DNA of 64,000 nt from Thecamonas trahens ATCC 50062 (Eukaryota > Protista > Apusomonadida): positions 1 to 64,000 of the forward strand of contig NW_013657647.1 of assembly GCF_000142905.1 (NCBI RefSeq), given 5' to 3'. This document shows positions 1 through 12,702 of the stretch, in pieces. The notes below the pieces were generated by a model. It was not told the DNA's origin. It saw only the letters and a list, made by a program, of their open reading frames with translations, and made no database searches. The position numbers and the translations under genes were made by a program. The first letter of the stretch is position 1; the number at the start of each line of letters is the position of its first letter.

Positions 1-1472
1 CCCCATGCCGCCCAAGCCCCTCCACCCTCATCACCCACACCCCACACACAGCCATCAGCCGTATCATACTCACCCACATCAATGCTCAAGCCCAATCGCC
101 ATACCCACCACCTCTTCGCCAGTCCCGCCACCCACGTCACGACCCCCCTCATCCCCCCTACCATACTCATTACGCCCCATCACCACAAACGACCACCCCC
201 ACCCCCTACCCCACCACCATCACTTCCATCCCAGCCACAACTCCCACCCCCATGCCATGGCCAAGCCAACCATCATCCCATCGCGCACTCGGCTTCCTCT
301 TCCTCCTCCTCCTCCTCCTCTCCCCACTCTATCTCACCTCCATCCTCATCCCCGACCCCGACACCCACACCCCTCAACCATCACATGCCATACCGCCCAT
401 CCTCCAAACAACAGCAATCTCAAGTCAACCAGCCCGACCCAGCCCCCTCTGCTGACCCTGCCTCGCCAATCATCAGCCGCCAGCCGTCGCCCGCTCGCCA
501 TATCAGTCTACCTTCATCACCACCGGCGTACGTCATATACATGTTGTAGAGGTTCAGGCGATCAATGAGGGCGCTCACGCGAGACAAAACGAACGACAGT
601 AACGTCATGTTGAAGGCGTGAGTCAGGGCGATCCTGTCCGTTGTAGTGCCCTTGCCGCCATGACGCTTGAGTCGAAGGTCAAACTGCCTGAACCGGCCCT
701 TGCCATATGAAACAAGAGGCAGTGGGTTGCCAAAGATAGGCTTGGGGTGGTAGGCAGCGGTCGCCATGGGGGGTGCCTGGCACGGCCATGGATGCCGGGA
801 ACGGCACTGTAAGTGCTGTAGAACTCGTGTGTTGTTCAGGACGGAAGTTGAAGGTGAGCGTGACTTTGAACACCTCTGGTGACTCAACGTCGTGGCCCTC
901 GTCCTTGTTCCCGGCCGGCATGGTCGCCTTGTCCGTGAGGGTTTGCTCGAGGCCCTTGTGTCGCTGGGGTTCACGCTCAGCAGTTACAGTCACATTGAAC
1001 GCACGCATGCGCGTGGGCTGGCTTGTGGTAGAGGAGGAGGATGCGCTCATGGTTCTGTAGGTGTAGTAGGTATGGTGAGTGTGGCGAGTGGAAGGTGGCG
1101 GTGGCCGTCAACTTGGTCGTGTTTGTCAGCGCGAGAAAGGTGTTGCGGGGCTTGGCGCCACTCGATGAGCCCACAGACTGTGGCGTCCAAATCACCCACC
1201 ATCGCGCTAGCAGCGTTGCCGACGAGAACCTGGCGGGCGACCGAGGTGAGGAAGACCGCACCCGCAGCGCCACTTGCTTCCGCCGCCCCCTGTGCCTGTG
1301 CCCGTGCCCTGCAACAATCTGGCAACGGCGGCAGCACACCTGCTCGCCATTTTCCACGGCTTCGATGGCCCGTTTGTTCGCCATGCGAGACAGACTCGTC
1401 CAATGATTCAAGGCCGCACGGCACCTCGGCACCTCGGCCACTCACTCCTCTTGCCGTTCTTCTCTTCCCACC

Positions 1473-4348
1473 ATGGCGCAATTCATCCCGTCTCTCCGGG
1501 ACTCGCCAGTCACCGAACCGGACGCCGCCAAGCGGAACATCCTCGTCACCTCGGCCCTTCCCTACTGCAGTATGTCCCCTCCCTGCTGCCGTGTACCCCC
1601 CCCCCTTCCCACCCTCCTCATTTCACCCGACATCCTACCACTCACCCACACCCACCCTCCTCGTGCCCCCCTGCCCCCCGTGCCCCTTACCACACCTCCG
1701 CCACAGACAACGTGCCTCACCTCGGCAACATTGTTGGCTGCGTCCTCGGCGCCGACGTGTATGCTCGCTTTTGCCGTGCTCGCGGCTACAACACGCTCTA
1801 CGTTTGCGGAACTGGTACGTTGTGATCCTCGTCTCCGGCCCCCCCTCCCCCTGCCTTCCTCCCCCCCTTTCCTTCCACAGCTCACCTGGTGCGATTAGAC
1901 GAGTACGGCACTGCTACCGAGAACAAGGCCCGCGAAGAGGGTGTGAGTCCGAAGGAGATCTGTGACAAGTACCATGCCATTCACGCGCAGGTCTACGAGT
2001 GGTTCAACATCAAGTTTGATACGTTTGGCCGGACGTCGACGCCTAAGCAGACCGAGATCGCGCAGGACATCTTCAACAAGCTGCACTCTGCCGGCCTCAC
2101 CCTCGAGCAAGAGGTGACACAGCTGTACTGCGAGGCGTGCGCCAAGTTTCTGGCTGACCGCTTTGTCGAGGGCACCTGCCCCAAGTGCGGGTACAACAAC
2201 GCCCGCGGCGACCAGTGCGACGGCTGCTCGTCACTTCTCGACCCGACCGACCTTGTCGAGCCCAAGTGCAAGGTCTGCTCCAAGACGCCCAAGCCGCGCT
2301 CGTCGCAGCATGTCTTCCTCGACCTGCCCAAGATCGAGCCGGACCTCCGCGCTTGGCTCGAGTCGGAGCCGCAGAAAAACGGCTGGCCCGACAACGCGAT
2401 CTCGACCTCGCTCGGCTTCCTCAACCGCGGCCTGCAGCCGCGGTGCATCACCCGCGACCTCTCGTGGGGCACTCCGGTTCCGCTTCCCGGCTACGAGAAC
2501 AAGGTCTTCTATGTCTGGTTCGACGCACCCATCGGCTACATCTCCATCACTGGCAACTACCTGCCCGAGACCTGGGAAGCGTGGTGGAAGGCGCCCAAGT
2601 CCGACGATGCGCCCCAGGTCGAGCTCCGTCAGTTTATGGGCAAGGACAACGTGACCTTCCACGCCATCATTTTCCCGTCGACGCTCCTAGGCTGCGCCCA
2701 GGCTGGCGACAAGTACAACCTCGTCCATCATCTCGCCTCGGTCAACTACCTGCAGTACGAAGACTCCAAGTTCTCCAAGTCGCGCGGGACCGGCGTCTTT
2801 GGCGACAACGTGCAGACCACAGGCATCCCGCCCGCCGTCTGGCGCTACTACCTCATGGCGCTCCGTCCCGAGCGCTCCGACTCGGCCTTTGTGTGGGACG
2901 AGTTTGTCGCCCGCAACAACAACGAGCTTGCCGCCAACCTCGGCAACTACGTCAACCGCGTCCTCAAGTTTGCCAAGGCCAAGTTTGACGGTGTCGTGCC
3001 GGCCTCGGGCCCGCCCACCGAGCTCGAGACCACCTTTGAGGCCGAGGTCAACGCCCGCCTCGCAGAGTACCTCGAGGCTATGGAGCAGTCGCAGCTCCGC
3101 GCCGGCCTCGCCGCCGCTATGGCGCTCTCCTCGCTCGGCAACAAGTACCTGCACGACGGCGCCCCGTGGGCTGTCATCAAGACCGACCCGGCCCGCGCCG
3201 GCGCCATCATTGCCAACGCCGCCAACTACATCTACTTCCTCGCCGCTGTCTTTGCGCCCTTCCTCCCCTCCATCTCCTCGCGCATGCTCCACCAGCTTGG
3301 CCTCGTCGACAACCCCACCCCGGACCTCGCCGACGAGCTGCACCCGGTCATTCCGGACGCCTATGCCCTCGCCGACGCCGTCCTCCCGGCTGGCCACGTC
3401 TTTGGCGTCCCCGAAGTTCTCTTTGCCAACATTCCTGAGGACCGCATCGCCGAGCTCCGTGCCCAGTTCTCCGGCAAGCAGGCCGACGACGCCGCGCCGT
3501 CCGGCGACGCTGCCGGCGCATCGGCATCCGCCGCCGCCGGTGGCGTCGCTGTCGACGCCGCCCGCCTCGCAGACGCCATCGCCACCCAGGGCGGTGTCGT
3601 TCGCTCGCTCAAGGAGGCCTCCGATGGCTCCGATGAAGCCAAGGCCAAGGTCTCGGCCGCCGTCAAGGTCCTTCTCTACCTTAAGAACCTCCATGCCCAG
3701 GTCACCGGCGACGACGGCAAGTCCAAGAAAAAGGGCAAAGGCAAGGGCGATAAGAAGGCCGGCAAGGCCGGCAAGAAGAAGGGCGGCAAGGTCTCCCGCG
3801 CCCCGCAGGACCCCAACGCTTGCCCGCTCGACCTCGCCATCGGCACCGTTGTCTCGTGCGTCCCGCATCCCGACTCGGACAAGCTCCTCGTCATGAAGGT
3901 CGACATCGGCGAGGCCGACGGCCCGCGCGACATCTGCGCCGGCCTGGCCAAGTCATACGCACCCGACCAGCTGATCGGCCGCTCGTTTGTCGTCCTCGCC
4001 AACATCAAGGCCGCCAAGCTCGGCGGCTTCCCTTCGGACGGCATGATGCTCGCTGCTGCTGCCGCCGACCCGGACGCCCCTGCCGACGCACCCTCCGAGA
4101 TCGTCGCCCTCCTTGTGGCCGACGGCGACGCTGCCCCCGGCTCCCGCGTTCTTGGTGCCGGCCAGGTCCCGCGCGTCCTCGAAGGCTACGCCAAGCTCCG
4201 CAAGAAGGCTGTCTCCAAGGTCAAGATGGCCACCGCTGCCGACGGCGGCGTCCTCATCGACGGCCTCGCCCTCGCCACCATCGACGGCGTCCGCATCGTT
4301 CCCGACCCCACCGTCAACGGCATCGGTCCTGACGTCCCGGTCTGCTAA
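1473..4348 (+). CDS. MARS1: Cytosolic methionyl-tRNA synthetase with WHEP-like helix and C-terminal EMAPII/Trbp111-like tRNA-binding OB domain; exons 1473-1569, 1707-1814, 1899-4348
   Basis: Splicing GT-AG introns 1570-1706 and 1815-1898 gives [20 protein letters not shown]...[13 protein letters not shown]. Also present: Zn-knuckle [33 protein letters not shown]-terminal [12 protein letters not shown]...RDICAGL...[21 protein letters not shown] is the OB domain. Confidence 0.96.
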
Positions 4349-4445
4349 ACTCGCAAGCTGTGTGCTCCCCCTCCCCCCCCCCCCCCGTCCCGCTGTTCTG
4401 GCAACTGTCACCGCCACCCCACCCACCCCACCCCACCACACCCCC

Positions 4446-6254
4446 ATGCTGCGAAACTCGGACAGAGAGCTCCTACTCTCAGTCCTCGACACAGTAACCC
4501 GGACCCAGCAGCATGTCCAAGTCATGTCGCCACACCGCCTCCGCAACCTCGAGCTCATCCGTCTCGACGCTATCGACAAACTCGCGTCGTCGGCGGCCAG
4601 CGCGGGCTCATCGCCAACGCTACGCCGCTCGCTCCGCACCGCCGACTCACCGCCGCTCCATGCTCGCGCATGGCATGATATACCCTCGGCTCGTCCCACA
4701 ACCTCGCCGCTTGTCGCTCCCGGCCTAGCTCGCTCTCGCCCGTCGAGAGCCTCAGTAGCAGACCAGCTCGCCGAGACTGAGGCGCTGCTGGCGCGGACTC
4801 GCCGCTGGTTCGGCGACGCACACCAAAGGCCCGCGGTGCAGAGCCCTGTGCCTTTGCATGCTGCTGCTACCCTCTCGCCGCGCCCGCCGGCGTCCGCCGG
4901 TCGCACCTCGGCCGATCGCACGCCCGCTGATCGCGTCCGCGAGCTCGAGCTCGAGCTGGAACTGATCCGGACTCGTCGTGAGAGCGAGGGCGCTGCTGCT
5001 GCCGCCGCTGCCACCGGTGACACACAAGCCAAGCTTGACCGCATTGAGTCGGTAGTCTTACATCTCGACCGCTCGCTCTCAGTTGCGCAGCAGACAACCC
5101 GCAATCAGCTCGAGGCCGAGCGCAATCTGGTCGAGTCCCGCATGCGGGTCCTCGAGTCCAAGCTCGATCTTGCTGCGGTGCCGCCGCGAACAGACGCGCT
5201 CCACTCTGCCGCCGCCGCTGCAGAGTCTGGCTATCAGGCCAGCCAGCCGTCCGACTCGCTCGCCGCGCTCGCCGCGCTCGCCGCCGACCTGCAGCAGACT
5301 CGCGCCGGCATGGCGGCATCGACCGCTACTGCTGCAGCATCACCACAAGTTCCCCAGCGCCATGCAGCCGACTCGACGACAACGTCCCCGCGCCGCTTGG
5401 CCTCGCCGCATCGCCCGAGCTCGCCAAGCCCTGCGCTCCGCGCCGAGCTCGATGCCATGCGCGCCGAGCTCGCCGAGTCCAAGGCGCTCGCTGCCGCCGC
5501 CGCTGAGCGCGCCGCCGCCGCCGAGGCTGCCCAGCATGCTGCGCGTCACACCGCGGCTGCCGCCGAAGACCGCGTTCTCCGCCGACACTGGTCGCCACCG
5601 TCAACTGCGGCGCGGACCAGTCACGAGCTCGAGGCGCCACCTGTGCTCGCCGCCACCTCGCGCTCGCCGTCGACCTCGCCGTCCAAGCTCCGCTTCCCGC
5701 TGCGCCAGGTCGAGACGCCCAGCGAGCGCAAGCTGGCAGAGGCCCGCGCCGGCCGCGAGCGGCTGCAACTGAGCCACGCGCCGCTCCCGCGATCGCGCCG
5801 CAAGCCGGCGGGCTACGTTCCCAAGTCGACCTACATCACCCCGCCCGATGTCGCGCCGTTTCTGGCACCGTCGTCGGCGCGCGCCGCCGCCGCAGCAGCA
5901 GCAGCATCACCACCCGCAGGGCGCTCACGAACGGCCGGCGGCAACCGCGTCCGCAGCCGCCCGGCCCGCCCGCGTACAAGCTTCAAGACCCAGGTCGTCA
6001 ATGGCATCGAAGTTGTGTACAGCGAGCGCGAGCACCCGCTGACGTGGTCGGTCTCCGAAGTGGCCCGGATGCAGGTCGAGGCCGCCGCCGGCGGCACCCT
6101 CCCCATCAAGGCCTCCCCGCTCCCGACACTCCGCCTCTCCCCGAACACCTCCCGTGGCGACCACGACTCGTTCGCCCTCGACGTCGTCGAGCTCGCCACC
6201 GACAACAACACCTCGCCGCCGCGGGCCAACTCGTCCGGCGCCACGAACGAATGA
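4446..6254 (+). CDS. Hypothetical Ala/Ser/Pro-rich coiled-coil protein
   Basis: Long ORF whose first ATG follows a C-rich intergenic stretch; coiled-coil-like segments (RVRELELELELIR, RAELDAMRAELAE); fills the space between MARS1 and EXO1. Confidence 0.6.
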   Translation: MLRNSDRELLLSVLDTVTRTQQHVQVMSPHRLRNLELIRLDAIDKLASSAASAGSSPTLRRSLRTADSPPLHARAWHDIPSARPTTSPLVAPGLARSRPSRASVADQLAETEALLARTRRWFGDAHQRPAVQSPVPLHAAATLSPRPPASAGRTSADRTPADRVRELELELELIRTRRESEGAAAAAAATGDTQAKLDRIESVVLHLDRSLSVAQQTTRNQLEAERNLVESRMRVLESKLDLAAVPPRTDALHSAAAAAESGYQASQPSDSLAALAALAADLQQTRAGMAASTATAAASPQVPQRHAADSTTTSPRRLASPHRPSSPSPALRAELDAMRAELAESKALAAAAAERAAAAEAAQHAARHTAAAAEDRVLRRHWSPPSTAARTSHELEAPPVLAATSRSPSTSPSKLRFPLRQVETPSERKLAEARAGRERLQLSHAPLPRSRRKPAGYVPKSTYITPPDVAPFLAPSSARAAAAAAAASPPAGRSRTAGGNRVRSRPARPRTSFKTQVVNGIEVVYSEREHPLTWSVSEVARMQVEAAAGGTLPIKASPLPTLRLSPNTSRGDHDSFALDVVELATDNNTSPPRANSSGATNE

Positions 6255-6342
6255 CACTGTTGAAAAAAAGGTCGTAGATTCGCCAACCTCACCCGGCGAG
6301 GCCGCACACTGCACCCCACCGCACCCCACCGCAGACCACCGC

Positions 6343-8459
6343 ATGGGCATCCAAGGCCTGTTGCCGCTGCTGGCAGAGGTGACCAAGCGGACACACGTGT
6401 CGTCGTTTGCGGGGCAGACGTTCGGGGTGGACATCTCGTGCTGGCTCCACGCCGGTGCGACGCGGTGTGCGACACAGCTTGCGCTCGGCCAGCCGACCCG
6501 CGGCTATGTGGACTTTGTTCTCGACCGCATCGCGTGTCTGCGGCACAACAAAGTAAGCCCGTATGTGGTGTTTGACGGCCAGTCGCTGCCGGCCAAGGCC
6601 GGGACCAACACCGCTCGGTCGGCCCGCCGCGCAGAGGCCAAGGCCCTCGGCGAGGCGCTCCTCCGCAAGGGCGACCACGCCGGCGCCAAGGACGCGTTCA
6701 AGCGTGCAGTCTCCATCACCTCGACCATGGTCCGCCACGTCCAACACGCGCTCAAGGCTGCTGGAATCCCGTTTGTCGTCGCGCCGTTTGAGGCCGACGC
6801 CCAGCTCGCGTGGCTCCAGATCTCGGGCGTCGTCGACGCTGTCCTCACCGAGGACTCGGACCTGCTGGTCTTTGGTGTCACGTCGATGGTGTGCAAGATG
6901 ACCTACGCCGGCGACTGCTCGCACGTCGATCTCTCGCCCGGTGCGCTCGCCCGCGTCACCGCGCTCAAGCTCGCCACCTTTGACCACAAACTCTTCCGCG
7001 CCATGTGCATCCTCTCCGGCTGCGACTACCTGCCGTCGATCCGCGGCATCGGGCTCAAGACTGCCAACTCGCTCCTGGTCAAGTGGCGGAGCGTCGAAAA
7101 GATCCAGGTTGTCCTGCGCGCTGAGCGCGGGGCCTGTGCCATCCCGCCAGGCTACGCTGACGCCTACGCCGACGCCGAGTGGACCTTTCTGCACCAGCCG
7201 GTCTTTGACGTCAACGCCCGTGCCATGGTCCCGCTCACCCCTTCCCAGACGACGCGACGCCCGAGCTCATCGCTGCGCGTGCCACAGTCGCCGGCGCGCT
7301 CAGTGAGCCTGCCATCGCCGTCGCGCTCTGCACCGGCGAGCTCGATCCCAAGACGCTCCAGCCGTGGCCAGCTCCGCTGCCGCGTCTCCCATCGCGAGGG
7401 CCGCGCCGCTCCCACTCGCTCCCGTCGCATGAGGCGTTTGCCTCGGCCGAGGGCTGGCGTGACAAGACGCAGCCAACCATCTTCCAAGCTGTCCAGCGCA
7501 TGCGGCCGGCGCAGGCCAAGGCCGGCGCCGAGCTGCCGCCGGTCCAGCGAACTATCTTCTCGTCGGCGGCCAAGCGCCGCGCGCCGCGCGAGGAGCCGCT
7601 TCCCAATCCGCGCCCCACCAAGGCCGCCAAGCCGCTGCAGCCATCGTCCGAGCCGGTCACTCCGCCGCGCAAATCGTTGCAGAGCCTCGCAGACTCGCGC
7701 GGGCTCCTCACAAACTCGGCCATCCATCCCGGACACGTCGCAGTCGCACCAACCTCGCCGACCTCGCCGCGCCTCCTCGGCGCCGTCGCCTCGCGCTTTG
7801 AGTTTGGCGACGACTGCGCAAATCAGCCGTGGCCTGGCAAGGCTGCGGCCAAGAGCAAGGGCAAGGACAAGACCAAGACCAAGACCAAGAAAAAGAAGAA
7901 GAAGAGCAAGCGACGGAGCGACAAGGCCGCTCACCCGGGGCACGCCATCACCATCCCAGACTCACCGCTGGTCAACTCTGCGCGAGTGGCATCGTACGTC
8001 GCGGCCGCCAAGACCGCGCCAACAACCTCGATCTCGCTTCTCTCGCTCGATGCATTTGCCTTTGGTGTGTCCAGCCCCACGCCGACGCCCACCACACCCT
8101 CAGTCGAGGCCGCCGCCGCCGTCAGCCCGCGCACGCCCTCGGCCGCCATCGGCGTCTGCCGCCTCCGCCGCCGCCAGCTCTCGGCCGTCCTCTCCCGCAC
8201 CGTCTCTGCGCCGCCGGCCATGCGCCGACAGCACCTGCCGTCGCCGATCGCGCCCTCCTCTGCCCATACCGCCCCCAACCCCGCCCCCGCCCCCGCGCCT
8301 GCGCCCGCTCACACCCGAGACGACGTCGATGCGCTCGTCTCGGCCGCCGCCTCGGCCGCCACCCCCGCCAGCCACCAACCGTCGCTCCTCGACAGCCTGC
8401 GCTTCAACGCTAGTGGAGGCATCAGCCCGCGAACCTCATCGCTGGTAGGCATCGAGTAG
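6343..8459 (+). CDS. EXO1: Exonuclease 1 (XPG/Rad2 family); one-base frame break at C-run 7238-7241
   Basis: Motifs MGIQGLLPLL, GVDISCWLH, VVFDG, VAPFEADAQLA, TEDSDLLVFG, CILSGCDYLPSIRGIGLKTA and FLHQPVFD. Adding one C continues into AVALCTGELDPKT and the 7500-8459 ORF. Confidence 0.92.
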
Positions 8460-8581
8460 CAAACACCACAACCGCCATCATGTGCTGCAGACGCCACCAC
8501 CACCGCCACCGCCTCCAGCACAACCACCCTCTTTCCAACAACCACACCTCTGCAGGCCACACTCCACTCCCAACCACTGCC

Positions 8582-9181
8582 ATGCTCAACCTTGCCCGAG
8601 TGTGCACTGCTAGCGCCGCCCGCCAGACCCCGCTCATTCGCAGTACGCTCCCTCTCCCCTCTCCCCTCCCCCTCCCCCTTCCCCGCCCCTCCCCCTCCCC
8701 TTCTCCTGGCGACCCATGATGACGTGCCGACGACGTAGGCACCCCCCCCCCCCCCCCGTGCACTGCACAGGAGACAGACGAGGCCATGGGACTCATACGA
8801 GGTAGCATTCTGGCGATGTGGGATACGGGCACAGGCTATGCGGTCAAGGTGATGGAGGAGGTTGATGCGTACAAGGCTGTGGTCGGTGCTGATGACAAGG
8901 TGGTCGTCGTCGACTTTGCCGCGTCGTGGTGCGGGCCGTGCAAGCGGATCGCGCCGGTCTACGAGGCCCTCTCTGACGAGCACACCGACATCGAGTTCCT
9001 TCAGGTTGACGTCGACACCCTCCCCGAGGTTGCCGGCTCCGAGGGCGTCGAGTCGGTCCCCACCTTTGTCTTCTACAAGCACGGCACCCGCCTCGGCCAG
9101 GTCGCCGGCGCCGACAAGGACACCCTCACCCAGGCCATCACCAAGCTCAAGGACTTTGACATGTCGCAGATCGAGCAATGA
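8582..9181 (+). CDS. Thioredoxin, probably mitochondrial; exons 8582-8642, 8835-9181
   Basis: VVVDFAASWCGPCK active site and VPTF. Removing intron GTACGC..CAG (8643-8834) gives the Arg-rich, acid-free presequence MLNLARVCTASAARQTPLIRSY. Confidence 0.88.
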
Positions 9182-9390
9182 ACCCTCTGCACTCGCACAG
9201 TCAACGACATCACCCTGCCTCATCAGCCCGACCAGCCTAGCAATCGCGTTCCGTCCAGCAGCTGTGAATGGCACGCCGACAGACCTCCCCCTCCCCAACA
9301 CACCCCTCTCCCCCTCCCCTACCACACACACACACGCACACATACACACACATTACCACCCCCGCTACCCTCATCTCCTTCCTTGTGGCC

Positions 9391-10616
9391 ATGTACTGCG
9401 CTCCGATCGATGCCCACACACCCCTCGCTCCGCCTCGTCCACACGTCGGCCGGCAGAAAAGGTCGCACTTTGCCGACGCACCTTCCTTGCCCAGCTCCTG
9501 CGGCGGCGGCTGACCGGGCGCCCTGGACAGCCCCGGGGCTGCCACCGCGCGCGCATTGCGTGCATCACTGGTAGAGTTGCTCTTCCACGCCACCATCGTG
9601 CTTACGGCCTTGTCCCACACCACGGTGAGGTCCTGGTCTCGGTCGCTGCGGTCGCCACGTCGGCCGCCATGTCGGCGGACGGCTCCGGCGACGGCACTGA
9701 CGACGACGACGATGCCGACGCCGCCGCCGGCCGCCGCTGTGGCTCGGCGATGTACCTTGCGATGTGGGCAACGGCCGGCGCGCCGCGAGCGCTCCCACTG
9801 CTCCACGTCCCACTCTTTGACGGCCTGCTCCTCTCGCCGGAGCCGGTGTACCTCGACGCACCGGGCGTCGAGCTGGCGGTGGCGGTCGACGGAAGCGTGC
9901 TAGTTGCGCGTGCACCGTGTCGCGGCGCCACCGCCCTGACGGTTGTTGTCTTTGGCCTTGGCAGCGTGCTGGGCTCGGAGCTGCCAGCGCGCGGTGCGCT
10001 CGATCTGGCGGCAGCGGTAGCGGTGGTGAGCCACGTGGCGCCGCGCCACGTCGAGATCGTCGTCTCGCCTACGGCGCGGATCGTGGCCTTTGTCGCCGAC
10101 GACGCCGTGAGCGTGGCGACGTGGCCGACAGCGCGCGGCGGCGTCCTCGTTGACACAGCATGGTCGCTCACCACTGTGATGGCGCGGGTAGCGGCGAATG
10201 TGCCGGATCTGCAGACGCGCACAATGGCGCGCAGCGCCTGGCGAGTTCTCGGCTTTGACCCCGAGGCCGGCACAATGTTCCTCGCGCTCGCGCTCGACGC
10301 CATTGGGAGCGTTGGCGCCCGGCCGCGGCGTGTGGTGTACGTGGCGCTGCTCGCGGTCTCGGCAACGGCTCTCGCACCGCTGCAGCTGGTCCGCCACACA
10401 CGCCCGGTCTCAGCCGACACGGCAGGGCTCGACCACGTGCTCGACCTCGTGCCCCGGTACCTGAAGGCCATCGGGGCGGTGCCGGCCGAGCTCGAGCGTG
10501 CCTGTCCGGAGATGCGGGTGTGGCCGGCAAGCGCGCGGATTCCACACGCACCGCGAGTGGTCGTCGCCCATCCGGTCTACCCATCCGTTGGCATTAGCGT
10601 GAGTACCGCGGTCTAG
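9391..10616 (+). CDS. DCAF15/DET1-like putative DDB1-CUL4 substrate receptor; probable frame break at A-run 9457-9460
   Basis: Order of elements matches DCAF15/DET1 as I recall it: N-terminal helix TFLAQLLRRRLTG, then HRAYGLVPHHGEVLVSV, an acidic loop, MYLAMW...LLHVPLFDG, and C-terminal VVAHPVYPSVGISV. The start codon depends on the inferred frameshift. Confidence 0.45.
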
Positions 10617-12702
10617 AGCCAGACGTCGCGCTTGTAGCGACCGTCGGCGGCAAGCGCTGCAAGAGCCTCGGCGCCGAGAATGTCGTCGAGCGCAGCCTGG
10701 ACGCCTGCAGCCATGGTCCGTGCGTCGCCGCACACGTAAATAACGCCGCCGTCGGCAACCAGGGCGCGGACGCTGTCAGCAGCAGCGCGGAGCTTGTCCT
10801 GGACATACGCGCGGTCTTGCTCGTCGACCCGCGAGTAGGCCATGGTGAGCTGGCCGAGCGCGCCGCGCTCTAGAAGGGCGGCGAGCTCCTCGCGATAGAG
10901 CTCCTCCGGTCCAGGCCGGCGAACGCCGTACACGAGCCACCACGCAGCGGCAGTGCCGTCGACACCAGCGGCCTCGCGTGCACGGAGAAACGACATGAAC
11001 GGCGCAATGCCGGTGCCAGCGGCAATGAGCAGGACCGGGTGCGTCGCCGACGCCGGCGGTGGGCGGAACGCTGGCGAAGGGCGCGGGAAGACCACCAGCG
11101 GATCGCCGGCGCTCGACCCGGCCATGTGCTTGGTGGCGAGGCCGACAACCGTGAAGCAGAGCTCCACACTCGTGTCGTCGGCGGTGGTGGCCGAGTAGTA
11201 CCGTGGCGCGAGCGGATGCATGTGCTCTAGGAGCGGCGCAACGCCGCCGCGCGGCGTCCCGATCGACGGGTACTGTTCGAGCACACCGCTAATGCCAAGC
11301 CCGGCCTTGACCAGCTCGCGATAGTCGGCCGCGCCATCGCGCGAGGTCAGCCGCAGCAGTGCAGCAGCGTCGGCTGGGTCGCTAGCCGCCTCAGCCAGAA
11401 CCCGCAACAGCTTCTTGGTCGGTGGCGCCGAGAGCGCAACAGACGCCGCAAGCACGTCGGCGAGTCGGGCGCCGTCCTCGCCGCCAAACGGCGCAAGATG
11501 GTCCGGCAGCGCCGAGCCGTCGACCGTCTCAATGCGAACAATCGTCTCGGCCTCGGCAGTCAGCCCCAGCCGCTCCAGGACGGCGGCGACGTTGGCGCTC
11601 GGGTTCGGGACCGCGACGCCAAACGCGTCGCCGGGCTCATAGCCCGGCTGCTCGTCCGGCAGAACCAGCCGCGCCACGCACACCTGCTTCTCGGCCTCGT
11701 CATGGGTCACCTGCGCTACGTCAGCAATCTCCGCCACCATCGGCTGCTTGCCCTGCGCCTCGCGGTGGCGGTGCAGCGCGTCAACAACTGACAGCACCCG
11801 CGGCGTCGCAGACGCCGAGCCCGACGCCTGCGTCTCGGGCGTCGCCTCGTCCGAGACCTCAAACGTCTCGCACGGCATGGTCACCAAATTCAGCCGCGGC
11901 ACAGGCAGCTCCATCGGCGTCGACGAATCCTTCTTGCCCTTGCCCTTGCCCTTGCCCTTGCCCTTGCCCTTGCCCTTGCCCTTGCCCTTGTCCTTGCCCT
12001 TGCCCTTGTCCTCGGCCACAGAGGCACCCGCATCACCAGCACCTGCATCCGCGGCACTCGCCGCCTGATCAAGATCGGCAAGCAAATCCCACAGCGCAGC
12101 CTTCCAAGGCTCGACAACAGCCTCGAGGCCGGTGGCATCGTCGGCGGTGGCGACCGGAGCAAGGCGGGCGCCGCCGATGGCGGCAAGGCGCTTGTCGAGG
12201 CCGATGCCAAACTTGCAAAAGTGATTGTGGTCGGTCGAGCCAAGCGCAAGCACCGCATACCGCTTGCCAGCCAGATGCTGCTCGTCGGTCACCTTGCGCC
12301 GCAGATGCCGCCAGAACCGATACGCAGCGTCCGGCGGCTCGCCCTCGCCGTGGGTGGCGGCGACGGCGATGAGGACCTCGTTCTCCACTGCGCCATCCCA
12401 CCCACTCCGCGCAAAGTCCGCCATCGACACCACCCGCGCCCCGTGACCCTTCTCCTCTGCAATCTCTGCCACATGATTCGCCACCGATGTCGCTACACGC
12501 CCGGTACACACACCCGTTCCTCGCTTCCACGTGAGTCACTGCCAAACGGATCGCATCCATCGAAGCTGGGGCCTGGTACATGGCCCCTCTTCCTCCTCCC
12601 GACAGAGCCCACGCCAGTACAGTCGCTCGCAGGCATGTGCAAATGCTCGCTCTATGTCGTACCTGTCCCGGTCTGCGAGCCAAACATAATGAGAAGCTTC
12701 AT
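10613..12702 (-). CDS. MTRR: Methionine synthase reductase (diflavin FMN/FAD/NADPH reductase); exons 12702-12663, 12492-10613
   Basis: Spliced start MKLLIMFGSQTGTATSVA; ATHGEGEPPD; ADDATGLEAVVEPW (MTRR-typical); PRYYS; AAGTGIAPF; YVCGDA; C-terminal RYKRDVWL. Confidence 0.88.
11935..12008 (-). repeat. (GGCAAG)n hexamer repeat encoding a (GK)n linker inside MTRR
   Basis: About 12 copies of CCTTGC on the + strand. Confidence 0.9.

Noticed and set aside
5-568. His/Pro-rich ORFs at the window start
   Set aside because: They come from C/A-rich low-complexity sequence and show no recognisable domain.
420-1441. Overlapping minus-strand ORFs upstream of MetRS, one with CCRRC faintly like RNase P Rpr2/Rpp21
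   Set aside because: I could not build a coherent gene model or find the second CxxC pair in frame. A gene may exist but is unsupported.
1473-12702. MetRS and MTRR close together as a methionine cluster
   Set aside because: They are separated by four unrelated genes and on opposite strands; chance is sufficient.
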